From positions 64,001 through 128,000 of the forward strand of contig CAVYSY010000057.1 in NCBI GenBank assembly GCA_963771175.1: a DNA stretch of 64,000 bases, in the 5' to 3' direction. Made by a program: the position numbers and the translations under genes. The DNA is from an uncultured delta proteobacterium. Lineage in GTDB: Bacteria > Myxococcota > Myxococcia > Myxococcales > Myxococcaceae. The notes under the pieces are model-generated. The model did not search any database. It was not told where the DNA came from and saw nothing but the letters and a program-made list of their open reading frames with translations. Shown here one piece after another: positions 10,211-21,000 of this stretch (positions within the stretch are counted from its first letter, which is position 1; every line of letters begins with the position of its first letter).

Positions 10211-11161
10211 TCAGTGACAGCGCGCCGAGCCCCGGTCCGTGAACGTCTGGCCGGCGATGGGGACGAACTCCCACTCGTAGCTGGAGGCGCGCAAGGTGAG
10301 CTTCAGCACGCCCCAGGTGTCGATGTCGCGCACCGCGCTGTGGGCGGGGCGCTCGGAGGGGAAGGAGCGCAGCGACGTGCCGCCCGTGCCCACCACGAAC
10401 TGGACGATGCCATCCGCCTTCGCGTTGCCAGAGGCGTCCTGTGGCACCCAGCGCTCGTAGTCGTGGTCATGCCCCGACAGGACGACCTCGGCCCCGTGCT
10501 CCTCGAGCGCCCGCCAGAGCGGCGCCACCCGGGTGTCATCCCCATGCTCACCCGAGCTGAAACGCGGGTGGTGCCAGTAGGCGAGCGTGCACGTCCGGGG
10601 GTTGGCGGCCAGGTCCTGGCGCAGCCACCGCTCCTGCGGCGAGCCGGCGTCACACCCGCCCACCTCGTGGCAGTTGCTGTTGAGCACCACGATGTGCCAG
10701 CTCCCCAGGTCGTAGCTGTAGTAGCCCTTGTCCGGCTCACCCGCCGCCGCGCCGAAGTAGGCGTAGTACGCCGAGGCCTTCGAGGTGCGGTAGTCGTGGT
10801 TGCCCGGGGTGGGCCGCATGCGCGCCCTGTGGCGCCCCCATACGGGATGGAAGCAGTTGGCGAACTCCCTGGGGGTGCCTCGGCCGTAGGCGATGTCCCC
10901 CAGCACCGCGATGGTGCCCGGCAGCCTGTCCAACAGCAGGCCCGTCTCCGTGTCCTCCGAGGTGCCGCAGTTGCCGACGTCCCCCGCCGCCAGGAGGACG
11001 GGGTCGCCGCCATCGGAGGCAACGGGCAGGGGAGTGAGAGTGCTCGGTCCTCTGAGCACCGTCTCGTCGTAGGTGAAGTCCCACGCGCTCACGCAGCCGG
11101 AGCAGGCGCTCAGGAAGACCGCCGAGCCCAAGAGGCCACACCACCACAACACCCCTTTCAT
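10211..11161 (-). CDS. Secreted calcineurin-like metallophosphoesterase (acid-phosphatase type)
   Basis: AGDVG, LGDIAY, GNHDY, WHHP, SGHDHDYER, VGTGG; N-terminal signal/lipobox. Confidence 0.9.
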   Translation of the reverse strand: MKGVLWWCGLLGSAVFLSACSGCVSAWDFTYDETVLRGPSTLTPLPVASDGGDPVLLAAGDVGNCGTSEDTETGLLLDRLPGTIAVLGDIAYGRGTPREFANCFHPVWGRHRARMRPTPGNHDYRTSKASAYYAYFGAAAGEPDKGYYSYDLGSWHIVVLNSNCHEVGGCDAGSPQERWLRQDLAANPRTCTLAYWHHPRFSSGEHGDDTRVAPLWRALEEHGAEVVLSGHDHDYERWVPQDASGNAKADGIVQFVVGTGGTSLRSFPSERPAHSAVRDIDTWGVLKLTLRASSYEWEFVPIAGQTFTDRGSARCH

Positions 11162-11171
11162 GATGCTCCCC

Positions 11172-12320
11172 TCAATAGGCCCACCTGCCCAGCGCATAAC
11201 CCCGCGCCGTCGCGAGATTCAGCAGGAGCAGGGTCAGCACCACGGCCCCCTGGAACCAGACCGGACGCCGGGCACACCGGTCCCCCAGGAAGACGAGCAG
11301 CGGGAAGACGACGGTGCCGAAGCGGAACACGTTGACGACCTCGCCCTGGAGCAGCATCACGCCCATCGAGAGCGCGGCGTAGAGCCCCAGCGCGGGCTGC
11401 CGGCGCGCCAGGAAGACCGTCCCCAGGAGGAAGACCCAGAACACGCCGTAGCGCAGCAGATAGGGACTGCGGGTGTTCTGCCAGGGGTTGCCAAAGACGA
11501 ACGTCTTGAAGACCGCCGCCACGGAGTCGGCGCGGTTCCACCCGCGCTGCGCCTCCACGAACGCCAGCGGCGAACCCGACGCCAGATACTCGAACGCGAG
11601 GAAGCAGCCGAGGCCCAGCGCCCCCAGGACCCCGCAGAGGAGGAAGGCCCGCAGTCGGCGAGCCGGACCCTCTTCCCTCAGGGCCACCAGCACGGACGCG
11701 GCCGCCACGACGAAGACACCCTGGTTGCGCGTCAGCACGCACAGGGCCGCGAGCAGGCCGGCGGGCACGGGTCGCCGGGTCGCGGCGAAGTACAGGGAGA
11801 GGAAGGACAGCACCAGGAAGAGCGACTCGGTGTGGTGCGAGTGGAAGACGTAGCTGGCCGGGGCGAGCAGGAAGAAGAGCCACCCGAGCCGCGTCCGGGG
11901 CACAAGCCCCTCCGGCAGGTCCTCCCTCGCGCCCAACCGCCCGACGAGCCCGACGAAGCCGAGGAAGAGGACACTGGAGAACATCGCCCCCAGCACCTGC
12001 ACCCGCTCCACGCCGAGCACGCTCGCGAGGGCCCGCACCGTCATCGGGTAGAGCGGGTAGAACGCCCAGAGCGTGCCGCTGTAGCCGTCGCGGATGATGG
12101 TGCTGTAGTGGTTCGAGTCCCAGCGGTTGAGCAGGTCCGTGAGCGGAAGCTCCCGGCGCCACGACACCCACAGCCACAGGGCGAGGTGGGCGGCGAAGAC
12201 GAGGGCCACGCTCCCGAAGAGAAAGGCGCGCGTGACTCGCGCTCCCAGGCCGAGCTCCCACCGGGGAGATGCCGTGGCCACCCCATCCGGGGCGGAGATG
12301 ACCTCTGAGGCCTGCTTCAC
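11172..12320 (-). CDS. PIG-V/mannosyltransferase-like GT-C membrane protein
   Basis: RWDSNHY..I...GY, AFYPLYP, HTESLFL, LTRNQG; GTG start overlaps the upstream stop (GTGA). Confidence 0.8.
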   Translation of the reverse strand: MKQASEVISAPDGVATASPRWELGLGARVTRAFLFGSVALVFAAHLALWLWVSWRRELPLTDLLNRWDSNHYSTIIRDGYSGTLWAFYPLYPMTVRALASVLGVERVQVLGAMFSSVLFLGFVGLVGRLGAREDLPEGLVPRTRLGWLFFLLAPASYVFHSHHTESLFLVLSFLSLYFAATRRPVPAGLLAALCVLTRNQGVFVVAAASVLVALREEGPARRLRAFLLCGVLGALGLGCFLAFEYLASGSPLAFVEAQRGWNRADSVAAVFKTFVFGNPWQNTRSPYLLRYGVFWVFLLGTVFLARRQPALGLYAALSMGVMLLQGEVVNVFRFGTVVFPLLVFLGDRCARRPVWFQGAVVLTLLLLNLATARGYALGRWAY

Positions 12321-13987
12321 TTGTGCTCGCCGGCGGGCGGCCCCTGTCGACCGGGCTCGAGAACCCGGGTGAGCTCGTCCATCAACCGCAGCAGCTCGCG
12401 CCGCACCTCGTCGGAGGAGTCGCGGAGCTGCGTGGTGAGCGTGTGCAGCGTGGTCCCTGGCGCGGAGGCCTCGTGCAACATGCGCGCGGCCGTGCGCGTG
12501 GAGGCGAGCGGCCCCTCCGCCTCATCCGAGATGAGCCGGCGCAGCATCTCCATCACCTGGAAGGCTCCGGGACTGGAGGACGGGGGCGGCGGAGGGGGCT
12601 CCTTGCCCAGCGAGGCGGCGCACACCTTGTTCCGCCCCGTGCGCTTGGCGGTGTAGAGCGCCGCGTCGGTGAGCTCGATGAGCTCGGCGGCGTTGGTGGC
12701 GTGGACGGGGAAGCACCCCACCCCGACGCTGATGGTCAGGACGCGGCTCCCGCCCCGGGCACCGTGCACCGTGGCGCCCTCCACCGCGGCCCGGAAACGC
12801 TCGGCGGCGATCTGCCCCTGCTCCAGGTCCGTCTCGGGGAGGATCATCGCGAACTCCTCGCCCCCGTGACGGGCGACCACGTCCGTCGAGCGTGCCGTCC
12901 GGCGCAGCCGCGCGGAGACCTCGCGCAGGGCCTCGTCGCCCGCGCTGTGGCCGAGGGTGTCGTTGACCTGCTTGAAGTGGTCCAGGTCCAGCAGCACCAG
13001 GGACATCGGGTGCTTGTAGCGCTGGGCACGCCGGAACTCGACGCCGAGGGCCTCGTGGAAGTAGGCGCGGTTGTACAGCCCGGTGAGCGGATCCGTCACC
13101 GCCACCAGCATGGCCCTATCCCTCGAGGTGCGGAGCTGGCGCTGGCGGCGCTGGCGGCGCAGGGCACTGCCCAGGCGCGCGGCGAGCTCGGCCATGGGCG
13201 TCTGCAGCGTGAGGTAGTCGTCGGCGCCGGCGTCGAACGCCGTCACGCGCCGCAGGGTGGACTCGGTCTCGTCCACCACGAGGACGGAGGGCGCCTCCTC
13301 GTCGAAGCCGAAGCGCTTGAGGAGCGGCTGCTCCCCTTCCAGCGCGACCGCGTAGCTGACGACGAGCAGATCCGCGTCGGAGTTGGCCAGGCGCTGCGAG
13401 GGCGCGCGCTGGGTGAGCTGGAACTCGCCCCCCACGGGAGAGCCCCGCAGGGCCCGGGCGAGCCGCTCGCCCACCACGGGCATGTGGTGGATGATCTCCA
13501 CCCGCGCCTGGGGAGGGGTGGCGACCTCGGGCTCGCGCACGACCCGGGCCATCGCCTCGTGCTGCGCCTGGAGCTGGGCGCGCATCTTCCCGAGCGAGAT
13601 GAACGAGCGCACGCGCGCCAGCATCTCGGCATCGGGCGTGGTCTTGTTGAAGAAGTCGTCGGCGCCCGCGACCAGGCCCGCCACGCGATCATCCGTGGAG
13701 TCGAGCGAGGTGAGCAGGAGGATGGGCGTACTCGCCGTGCGCGCGTGGCCGCGCAGGTGGCGTGTCAGCTCGTGGCCGTTCATCTCCGGCATCAACACGT
13801 CGAGGATGAGGAGGTCGAACGGCTGCGAGCCCTCGGTGGCGAGGCCGAGCGCCTCTCGAGGCGAGGTCGTCATCACCACGTCCAGGCCACTCTCCTTCAG
13901 CCGGGAGCCAATGGTCTCGAGAGCAATGACGCTGTCGTCCACGAGGAGGACGCGGCCGGTAGTGCTGATGGAAGTGAGCGCGGCCAT
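12317..13987 (-). CDS. PleD-like diguanylate cyclase (REC, pseudo-REC, GGDEF, C-terminal helical tail)
   Basis: DPLTGLYNR, DLDHFK.VND..GH, RSTD I-site, GGEEF; first REC has LDVLMP; start 13987 or 14005. Confidence 0.92.
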   Translation of the reverse strand: MAALTSISTTGRVLLVDDSVIALETIGSRLKESGLDVVMTTSPREALGLATEGSQPFDLLILDVLMPEMNGHELTRHLRGHARTASTPILLLTSLDSTDDRVAGLVAGADDFFNKTTPDAEMLARVRSFISLGKMRAQLQAQHEAMARVVREPEVATPPQARVEIIHHMPVVGERLARALRGSPVGGEFQLTQRAPSQRLANSDADLLVVSYAVALEGEQPLLKRFGFDEEAPSVLVVDETESTLRRVTAFDAGADDYLTLQTPMAELAARLGSALRRQRRQRQLRTSRDRAMLVAVTDPLTGLYNRAYFHEALGVEFRRAQRYKHPMSLVLLDLDHFKQVNDTLGHSAGDEALREVSARLRRTARSTDVVARHGGEEFAMILPETDLEQGQIAAERFRAAVEGATVHGARGGSRVLTISVGVGCFPVHATNAAELIELTDAALYTAKRTGRNKVCAASLGKEPPPPPPSSSPGAFQVMEMLRRLISDEAEGPLASTRTAARMLHEASAPGTTLHTLTTQLRDSSDEVRRELLRLMDELTRVLEPGRQGPPAGEHK

Positions 13988-14063
13988 GGTGGGTTCCAGC
14001 GCCAAGGCTATCAGGAGCGGAGGACGGATGGGGAAGGGGGTGCGAATTCGTTCACCCCTCGGC

Positions 14064-14660
14064 TCACCAGGTGATGACGTAGGTGCAATGGCTGCCCCGC
14101 AACTTACGACAGGGCTTCGAGTCGGCGTGAGTCACGCGCGCACCGGGCTCGAAGCGCTGGGCCATGGCCGTGAGGATGCCCAGGTCGAAGGCGCACGGGT
14201 ACGGAGTCTCGCACACGGAGATGATGCGCCGCTGCCCCGGCACCGGCTCGTAGCCGTAGTGGCCGATGCCCTCCACCTTCTTCCCGCTCTCCGGGTCGAA
14301 CATCGGCCGGCCCTGCTTGCGGTGGTTCAGGTGATACGCCACGTCGATGGACTGGATGGCGCCGTGCAGCTCCCGGACCCCCTCCGGAAAGACCGCGTTC
14401 CGCGGAATGGCCATGCCGATCTGCGTCAGCACGCCATCCCCGAGTTGCTTGTGGATCTGCTCGAAGCACCGCAGCCACGCGCGCTGCGAGTACCACCCCC
14501 GAGGCTCCACCTCCGCCAGGCCGCTGGGACCGGGCTTGCCGATGCCCTCGTCCAACAAGTAGCCGCTCGCGAGCGACGCGAACTCGCGGAGTCCGTCCAC
14601 CACGGACAGCACCGTCTGTCCGTTGACCTCGATGCCTTCTTCGAATGGGACGAATTGCAC
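14064..14660 (-). CDS. Conserved hypothetical protein, possibly V4R/HNOX-like small ligand-binding fold
   Basis: GTG start behind GGAGGAGG; WY motif, CETPYPCAFDLG and C-terminal CRK..GSHCTY. Confidence 0.6.
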   Translation of the reverse strand: MQFVPFEEGIEVNGQTVLSVVDGLREFASLASGYLLDEGIGKPGPSGLAEVEPRGWYSQRAWLRCFEQIHKQLGDGVLTQIGMAIPRNAVFPEGVRELHGAIQSIDVAYHLNHRKQGRPMFDPESGKKVEGIGHYGYEPVPGQRRIISVCETPYPCAFDLGILTAMAQRFEPGARVTHADSKPCRKLRGSHCTYVITW

Positions 14661-14864
14661 GTGCGCGGCCTCCTCCCCGTGACTCCTCGCACTCCACCCA
14701 CCGGACGAATGCCCGCCCGGTGCCATCGGGCGACGACTGTACCACACAGGTCAGGTCCCCGAACAAGACCGGGGCGCGATTCCCGCTCGGGCCGGTGACA
14801 CGTCACGTCACCTCCGCATCATCGACCCGGTGCGCCTTGACGACCGATGCCGGGCGGCTCCCGC

Positions 14865-16004
14865 TCACGTGCCGCAGAAGTGCGCGATGGCGCGCGTGAG
14901 GTACGCCTCGCACCGCACCAGGTCCTCCACCGGCACGTGCTCGCCCGTCTGATGAGCCACCCGGATGTCCCCCGGGCCGAACACCACCGCCTCCGCGCCC
15001 AGCTCCGTGAGCTGCGGGGCCTCCGTGCCGAACGGCACCGTGATGGGCGCATTGCCGGACAGCTCCGCCAGCACCCGCACCACCTCCGCGTCCGCCCGAG
15101 TGTCCACCGCCGGCTCCGTCCGCAGGAGCTGGATGCGCGCCTCGTAGCCGGGCTCATCCCGCACCAACTCCTGGCGGATGGACTCCAGCAGCTCCAGCAC
15201 CCGCTCCTTCGGCTGCCGGGGGATGGGGCGCCACTCCACGAGGAAGCGGCAGGAGCCCGAGATGACGTTGGGCGCCTTGCCCCCGCCGATGATGCCCACG
15301 TTCACCGTGGTGAAGGGCGGCTCGAAGGACTCGTCCCGCTCCTCGCGCAGCCGCGTGCGAGCCAGCGTCTCCAGCTTCTGCAGGAAGCGCCCCGCGCGGA
15401 AGATGGCCGAGGCCCCCTCGTCCGGGTACGCGCTGTGCCCCTCGCGGCCCAGCACCTCCACCTCCGCCAGGCAGTAGCCCTTGTGCGCCCGCACCGGCAC
15501 CAGCGTCGTCGGCTCGCCCACGATGGCGTGCCGCGCCCGCCCCTTGCCCTGGGCGACCAGGTGCTTGGCGCCCTCGCAGCCCACCTCCTCGTCCGCCGTG
15601 AGCAGCACCATCAGCGGCGCCCGCAGAGGCCCCGCGTAGTGCGTCACCGCGTGCAGCGCGCAGGCGATGAAGCCCTTGGTATCGCACGCGCCGCGGCCGT
15701 ACAGCTTTCCATCCCGCTCCGTCAGGCGCAGCGCGTCCGTCCACGCCGCGTCGTACGGCACGCAGTCCGTGTGCCCCACCAGCGCGAGCGCCGCCCGCTC
15801 CTCGCTCCCGCCCTTCACCGCGACGAGGTTCACCTTCTCCACTCCCGCCCCGTCCCGGTACGACACGAGCTCCACCCGGAAGCCCGCCGCCTCCAGCCGC
15901 CCCCGCGCCAGCTCCACCAGTGGCGCGTTGGAACGGGAGGACGTCGTATCCAGGGCAACGAGCTCGGCCAGGGTGGAGCGCAGCGCGGGCAGGGTGTCAC
16001 TCAC
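14865..16004 (-). CDS. argE: Acetylornithine deacetylase (M20 family)
   Basis: GHTDCVP, GRGACDTKG, ADEEVG, GEPT, AHQ. Confidence 0.9.
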   Translation of the reverse strand: MSDTLPALRSTLAELVALDTTSSRSNAPLVELARGRLEAAGFRVELVSYRDGAGVEKVNLVAVKGGSEERAALALVGHTDCVPYDAAWTDALRLTERDGKLYGRGACDTKGFIACALHAVTHYAGPLRAPLMVLLTADEEVGCEGAKHLVAQGKGRARHAIVGEPTTLVPVRAHKGYCLAEVEVLGREGHSAYPDEGASAIFRAGRFLQKLETLARTRLREERDESFEPPFTTVNVGIIGGGKAPNVISGSCRFLVEWRPIPRQPKERVLELLESIRQELVRDEPGYEARIQLLRTEPAVDTRADAEVVRVLAELSGNAPITVPFGTEAPQLTELGAEAVVFGPGDIRVAHQTGEHVPVEDLVRCEAYLTRAIAHFCGT

Positions 16005-16060
16005 GGGTGGGCCTCCGGGGCGTGGGCTTCCGCGGCTCGCGGGCCCTCGAGTGACTGTAG

Positions 16061-16092
16061 ACCCTCACCCCCGCCCGCTCCCAGCGGAGAGG
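16061..16092. repeat. Degenerate REP-like palindrome (CCCTCACCCC...CTCCC...GAGAGG type)
   Basis: accctcacccccgcccgctcccagcggagagg resembles an intergenic repeat common in myxobacteria (from memory); single copy here. Confidence 0.4.
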
Positions 16093-16118
16093 ACGATTGC
16101 ACGGGCGCAACCGGGGTT

Positions 16119-16586
16119 TCAGGCCTGGGCCTCGGCTCCCTCGGCCACCCACGGGCGCTGGCGCACCGCGTCCTTGACCCACGCGATGTGCCGCTCCTCG
16201 TCCCGACGGTTCTTCTCGATGAGCGTGCGCACCTCCGGGCTCCACTCGAAGCCCAGCGCCAGCTCATAGGCCCGGTTGGTGAACTCCTCGTTGCCGAGCA
16301 TCGCCACCAGCGCGGCCTCCGTCCCCATCATGCTGGACATCGCCGTCAGGCTCTTCATCGCCGCGCCCTTCAGGTCCGGCCGCAGCTCCACCTGCTCCCC
16401 GCCAAACCGTCGGATGAAGGCGTTGAGCTCCCGCACATGGCGCACGTGGTCGCTCCGGAACTCGTTCAGCCGCTCGCGCACCAGCGGCTCCTTCACCCGG
16501 GCGATGGCCGCGTCGTAGGCCCCCACCGCGTCCACGTCCAACTGCGCCAGGCTGCGCAACTTCTCCACCTCGGACTTGCGTCCCAT
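16119..16586 (-). CDS. Ferritin-like four-helix-bundle protein (DUF2383/PA2169-like)
   Basis: D..AV.AY, DH.RH, NEE....Y, DEERH carboxylate/His pattern. Confidence 0.8.
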   Translation of the reverse strand: MGRKSEVEKLRSLAQLDVDAVGAYDAAIARVKEPLVRERLNEFRSDHVRHVRELNAFIRRFGGEQVELRPDLKGAAMKSLTAMSSMMGTEAALVAMLGNEEFTNRAYELALGFEWSPEVRTLIEKNRRDEERHIAWVKDAVRQRPWVAEGAEAQA

Positions 16587-16764
16587 CACGTCCTCCCCCG
16601 CCCTTTCGGCAAAGTCCCCGTCAATCTGATCGGCTCCCCCCATCCAGCCAACTCCAACGCCTCCGGGCCCGCCCGGGCAGCAGGCAGGGCAGCACCACCC
16701 CGCCGTACCGGGACGCCTCCCCATGCGCACCTTTTCCACACCTCTTCACCTGTTGGAGGCAGAC

Positions 16765-17079
16765 ATGAAGAACGAAGACGCCATCACCACCCGTGTCGAG
16801 CTGCAGACGCGGCGCATTCCATCCATCAGCTTCCTCGGAGTCGCCATCGGATGCATGGCCGCCAGCGCCCTGCTGATGCTCTCCGGCCGCAAGAACTGGG
16901 CGAACTTCGTCGGACAGTGGGCCCCTACCATCCTCATCCTCGGCACCTACAACAAGATCGCCAAGACGTTCTCCGCCCCCATCGACGAGGAGCAGCGCGT
17001 CCAGCACGGCGGCCATGCCTCCATGCTGAAGTCGCCGGAAGAGCTCACCCACCAGATGTCCCCGCAGCCGGTGAGCTGA
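16765..17079 (+). CDS. Small membrane protein
   Basis: GGAGG RBS; one or two TM segments, FVGQWAPTILILG.YNK motif. Confidence 0.7.
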   Translation: MKNEDAITTRVELQTRRIPSISFLGVAIGCMAASALLMLSGRKNWANFVGQWAPTILILGTYNKIAKTFSAPIDEEQRVQHGGHASMLKSPEELTHQMSPQPVS

Positions 17080-17161
17080 AGACGCTCGGGTCCCCCTGTC
17101 ACTCTCCTGGAGTGCGTGGGGGGGCCTCGTTGGCCGGAGGGGAAATACGGGACGGGGCGCT

Positions 17162-17476
17162 TCATGCTCTCGCCGGGCGTGCCCCGGCTGGCGCCTCGTC
17201 ACGTCGCATGTCGCGCCGCTCCGCTCGCCGGTGCTTCATCACGATGACGATCCCCACCACCGCGCTCACCAACATCAGCGAGTTCGTCACCACGAAGACC
17301 ACGTTGTCCACCAGTACGCTGTAGAGGGTGAAGCCCGTGGAGGCGGTGATCTGCCCCACGAAGAGCCACGTCGACACGCCCTTGCTCGTGCCCGTCCTCC
17401 ACTGCCTGTACACCTGATTTTGGATGGTCAGCACCAGCACGAATGAGCTGAACCACCCGATGGCTTCAATCCACAT
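17162..17476 (-). CDS. SemiSWEET/PQ-loop-like small transporter
   Basis: Three TM helices, QV...W..GTSKGVS, FVVTN. Confidence 0.7.
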   Translation of the reverse strand: MWIEAIGWFSSFVLVLTIQNQVYRQWRTGTSKGVSTWLFVGQITASTGFTLYSVLVDNVVFVVTNSLMLVSAVVGIVIVMKHRRAERRDMRRDEAPAGARPARA

Positions 17477-17634
17477 GGGCTCAACGTGCACATGCCCCCG
17501 GAGGCAGGTCGGAACTCCCGCCAGGAGGGCAGCCGACCGTACGGGCGGAGGGAGCGCGGAATTCGCGGCGCCCACGCCCGAGGAGACACACCCTCTCTTC
17601 CTGAGAAGCCACCCACAGCCACGAGGTGCGTCCC

Positions 17635-18069
17635 ATGAAGATCCGTGACGTGATGACTCCGGACGCCGTTGCCGCACACCCGGAGATGACGTTGACGGCC
17701 GCCGCCGAGATGATGCGCCTGCTCAACGTGGGCTCCCTGCCTGTCGTCGAGGGCGAGCGCGTCGTGGGCATCGTCACCGACCGGGACATCGTCGTGCGAG
17801 GCCTCGCCCTGGGCTTCAACCCCCGGAGCGCCTCCGTCGCCGACGTGATGACCCGCAACGTGCAGACCTGCTCGGTGGACGAGGACGTCGAGGAGGTCGC
17901 CCAGCAGATGCGCGACCTCCAGGTGCGCCGCCTCCTCGTCGTGGACGAGCGGGAGCGGCTCCTCGGCATCGTGTCGCTGGGGGACCTGGCCATGGAGATG
18001 GAGGACCAGGCCCTCGCCGGACGGGTGCTCGAGGGCATCTCCGAGCCCCCCGTGCCGATGGCGCACTGA
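17635..18069 (+). CDS. CBS-domain pair protein
   Basis: IRDVMT, LPVV...VVGIVTDRDIV, VRRLLVVD...GIVSLGDL. Confidence 0.92.
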   Translation: MKIRDVMTPDAVAAHPEMTLTAAAEMMRLLNVGSLPVVEGERVVGIVTDRDIVVRGLALGFNPRSASVADVMTRNVQTCSVDEDVEEVAQQMRDLQVRRLLVVDERERLLGIVSLGDLAMEMEDQALAGRVLEGISEPPVPMAH

Positions 18070-18075
18070 GCGCGG

Positions 18076-21000
18076 CTAGAAACCGAGCGGCACCAGGAAG
18101 GCCGAGCCGTTCTGCGTCCCCGTGCGGTAGCTGAGCGGCGCGCCGATGACGAGCGTCGGCGGGGTGCCTCCGCTCCCCGCCACCAGCGCCAGGTCCTGGC
18201 CGAAGCCCGCGCGCTCCGTCACGTCTCCCGTCAGCGTGAGCAGCGGCGTGAGCGCCCCGGTGGTACCAGGACCCCCGGCGTAGATGAACACCGCGCCTCC
18301 ACCATCCGAGGCCACCGACGCGCCCGGCGCGCTCACCACCAACTCCGGCGCGCCGTCGCCATTCAGGTCCACCCCGCCCGCCAGCGCCGCCCCGAAGCCC
18401 ACCGCGCGCGAGCGGTGCACCAGCACCTTGGGCAGCAACGTGCTCTCCAGCGCGCCCACCAGCGCCTCGCCCGAGGCCGGCCGGCGCTTCGCCAGCTCCG
18501 CCGTGTCGAACAGCAGCACCGCCGGCTGCGTCACGCCGTCGAAGGGAACGCTCGCCGCGCTCACCGCCAGGTAGTCCGCGCCCGTCTTCCCCAGCACGCG
18601 GCCCACGCGCGCCGTCGCCACGCCCAGCCCGAGGAAGTTGATGCCCACCTCCGGGTCCGCCGCCAGCCGCACCGACGCCGGTGCCGTGCGCCCGCCACAC
18701 CGCGTCCCGCCCGCGTCGTAGCCGAACAGCACCACGATGCCCGCCTTCGTGCTGTCCGCGTAGCGCCACGCCACCTCGTCACAGCCATCCGCGTCCAGGT
18801 CCCCCAGCGCCGCCGGCACCGACGTCTGCTGGGTCGAGTAGGGCGCCGTGTAGACGGGGTCGCACCCCATCGTCAGCTTCGCCAGCCCGGCGTCATCCGG
18901 AGCGCGCCCCAGGAAGACGTCGAAGCCGTTGTTGCGCAGCGCTCCGATGTCCTGCTTGCCATCTCCGTTGAAGTCGAAGCCACCCACCACCCCGCGCCCG
19001 ATGCTCCGACGCTGGCAGGTGGTGCCCGCGGGCGTACACCCCGCGATGTCACCCGGCGCCCACAGCCGGTACGCGGGCTTGAAGCTCCCATCCCCCTGGG
19101 CCAGCGACACCAGCACACCACCCGCCGTCAGATTCGCGGCCGGGATGCACCCGGCGCGCTCCTGCGCGTACACCGGGGTGATCTCCGTGGAACGAGAGGA
19201 AGCCCCTGGCGTGATGAAGGACGGCGCGCCCAGCACCAGGTCCGCGCTCCCGTCTCCGTTGAAGTCCGTGAAGGCCACGTCCGTGCCCACGTTGCGCCCG
19301 CGGGACAGCGGCGCGGAGGCGCCCTCGGCCACGAGCGTGCCCGCGCCCCCCTCCACGCCGTACGTCCAGGCCCGACCCGCGCCGAGATCGGCTCCGTCCC
19401 CGTTCACCCCGGGGCCCGCGAAGCCCGGCGAGCCCACCAGCGCCACCACCCCGCCCGCGGCGCCCTTGGCCACCGCCACCGACTCACCAAAGCGCTCCAC
19501 GCTCGGCCGCGCCGGCACCATCACGCTCGTGCGCGTCCACTGCGCGAGCGAGTCCCCCGCCTTCACGAAGCCATCCACCCGCCCGGTGAAGGAGAGCCCG
19601 GGCGCCGAGGCCCGTCCCGAGAAGACCACCAGCCCCGAGGTCCCCGGCAGCGGCCACGCCGCGAGCCCCGCCCCGAAGGTGTCCGACTTCGCCAGTCCCA
19701 TCAGACTCGTCGCCGGCTTGTTGAGGACGGCGCCAGCGCTCAGCTCCGCCAGCGGAAACACCAGCACCTTGCCCCCGTAGCGCAGCGAGCCGCCCGCCAC
19801 GGGGACGCGGCGCGTACGGCGCGCCCAGCAGCAGCTCCGAGCCGGGCTTCCCATCCACGTCCGCGACCGCCCAGCTCCGCCCCGCGCGGATGAAGCCCCC
19901 GTCGCCGTACAGCCGGGCCCAGGCCTGGTCACGCTTCACCTGCACGGGCGTGGCCGAGGGCTCCCCGGTGGGCTGGTGCGCGCTCAGGTCGAAGAGCAGC
20001 GCCCCGCCCGCGTCCGTGCATGTTGCTGCTGGGCTCGGGTCCGGCGAGTCCGTCTGGTCCGCCGTCACCAGCAGCAGCGGGGGCCGCGAGCCCTCCGCCG
20101 GGATGGCGTCCAGCCGCCAGGTGCCCTCGATGCTATCGGAGAAGTTCATGGGCAGCACGTACGCGTCCGGCGTGGCGCGGAAGCGCTGGCCCTCGGCGCG
20201 CGCGAAGAACACGGCCACCGCCCACTGCACCACGCCCAGCGAGGAGCCATCCGTCGTGCTGAAGCGCGACACCTTGGTCAACGCCGCCAGGTCCGCCCGC
20301 CCGTCCGCGTTCAGGTCCGCCACCGTCAGCATGCGACCCAGCTCGGTGTTGGCACGGGACTCGACCGCGCCCGTCTTGCCCAGGTCGCTCCCGCCCAGGC
20401 GGACGGTCGGCAGCTCCGGCACGGGCTGGCCCGGGGTGAGCAGGAAGAGGTCCACCACGCCCCGGCGCATCGCCGCGGACGCCAGGTCTCCCGTCGGCGA
20501 GCCCACCACCAGGTCCAGGTCTCCGTCCCCATCCGCGTCCGCGAGCTCCAGGCCCGCGCCGAAGGAGCCGCGCCCCAGACCGGCGAGCGGAGGCCGCAGG
20601 CGCTCCGGCCCGTTCGCGCCGAAGCGGAACAGGTACACCGCGCCCGAGTCACCGAAGGTGACGTCCGCGCCCGGCGAGGACACCGCCAGCTCCGCCTTCC
20701 CGTCCTTGTCCAGGTCTCCCGCCGACAGCACGTCGCCGAAGCGGGCCGTATCCGTCTCGCCGGTGAGCACCCACGTGGGCTGCGAGGGCAGTCCCGCCGC
20801 GCTCCCCTTGAAGATGAGCACCACGCCGCCCTGGGGCTTGTTGAGGTCGCTCTCCGGCCGCCCCACCGCCACGTCCGCCACCCCGTCGCCGTCGAAGTCC
20901 GCCGTCACCACCGAGGCCGTATCCGTGAGCAGCCCGTGCGCCTGCGACTCGCGCGACAGCTCGTCCAGCACGCGCACGGGCACGAGCGCCTTCTGCCCGG

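Noticed and set aside
9686..11335. 549-aa ORF as a single real gene
   Set aside because: Only the first ~175 codons look like an ATPase fragment; the rest is antisense to the phosphoesterase
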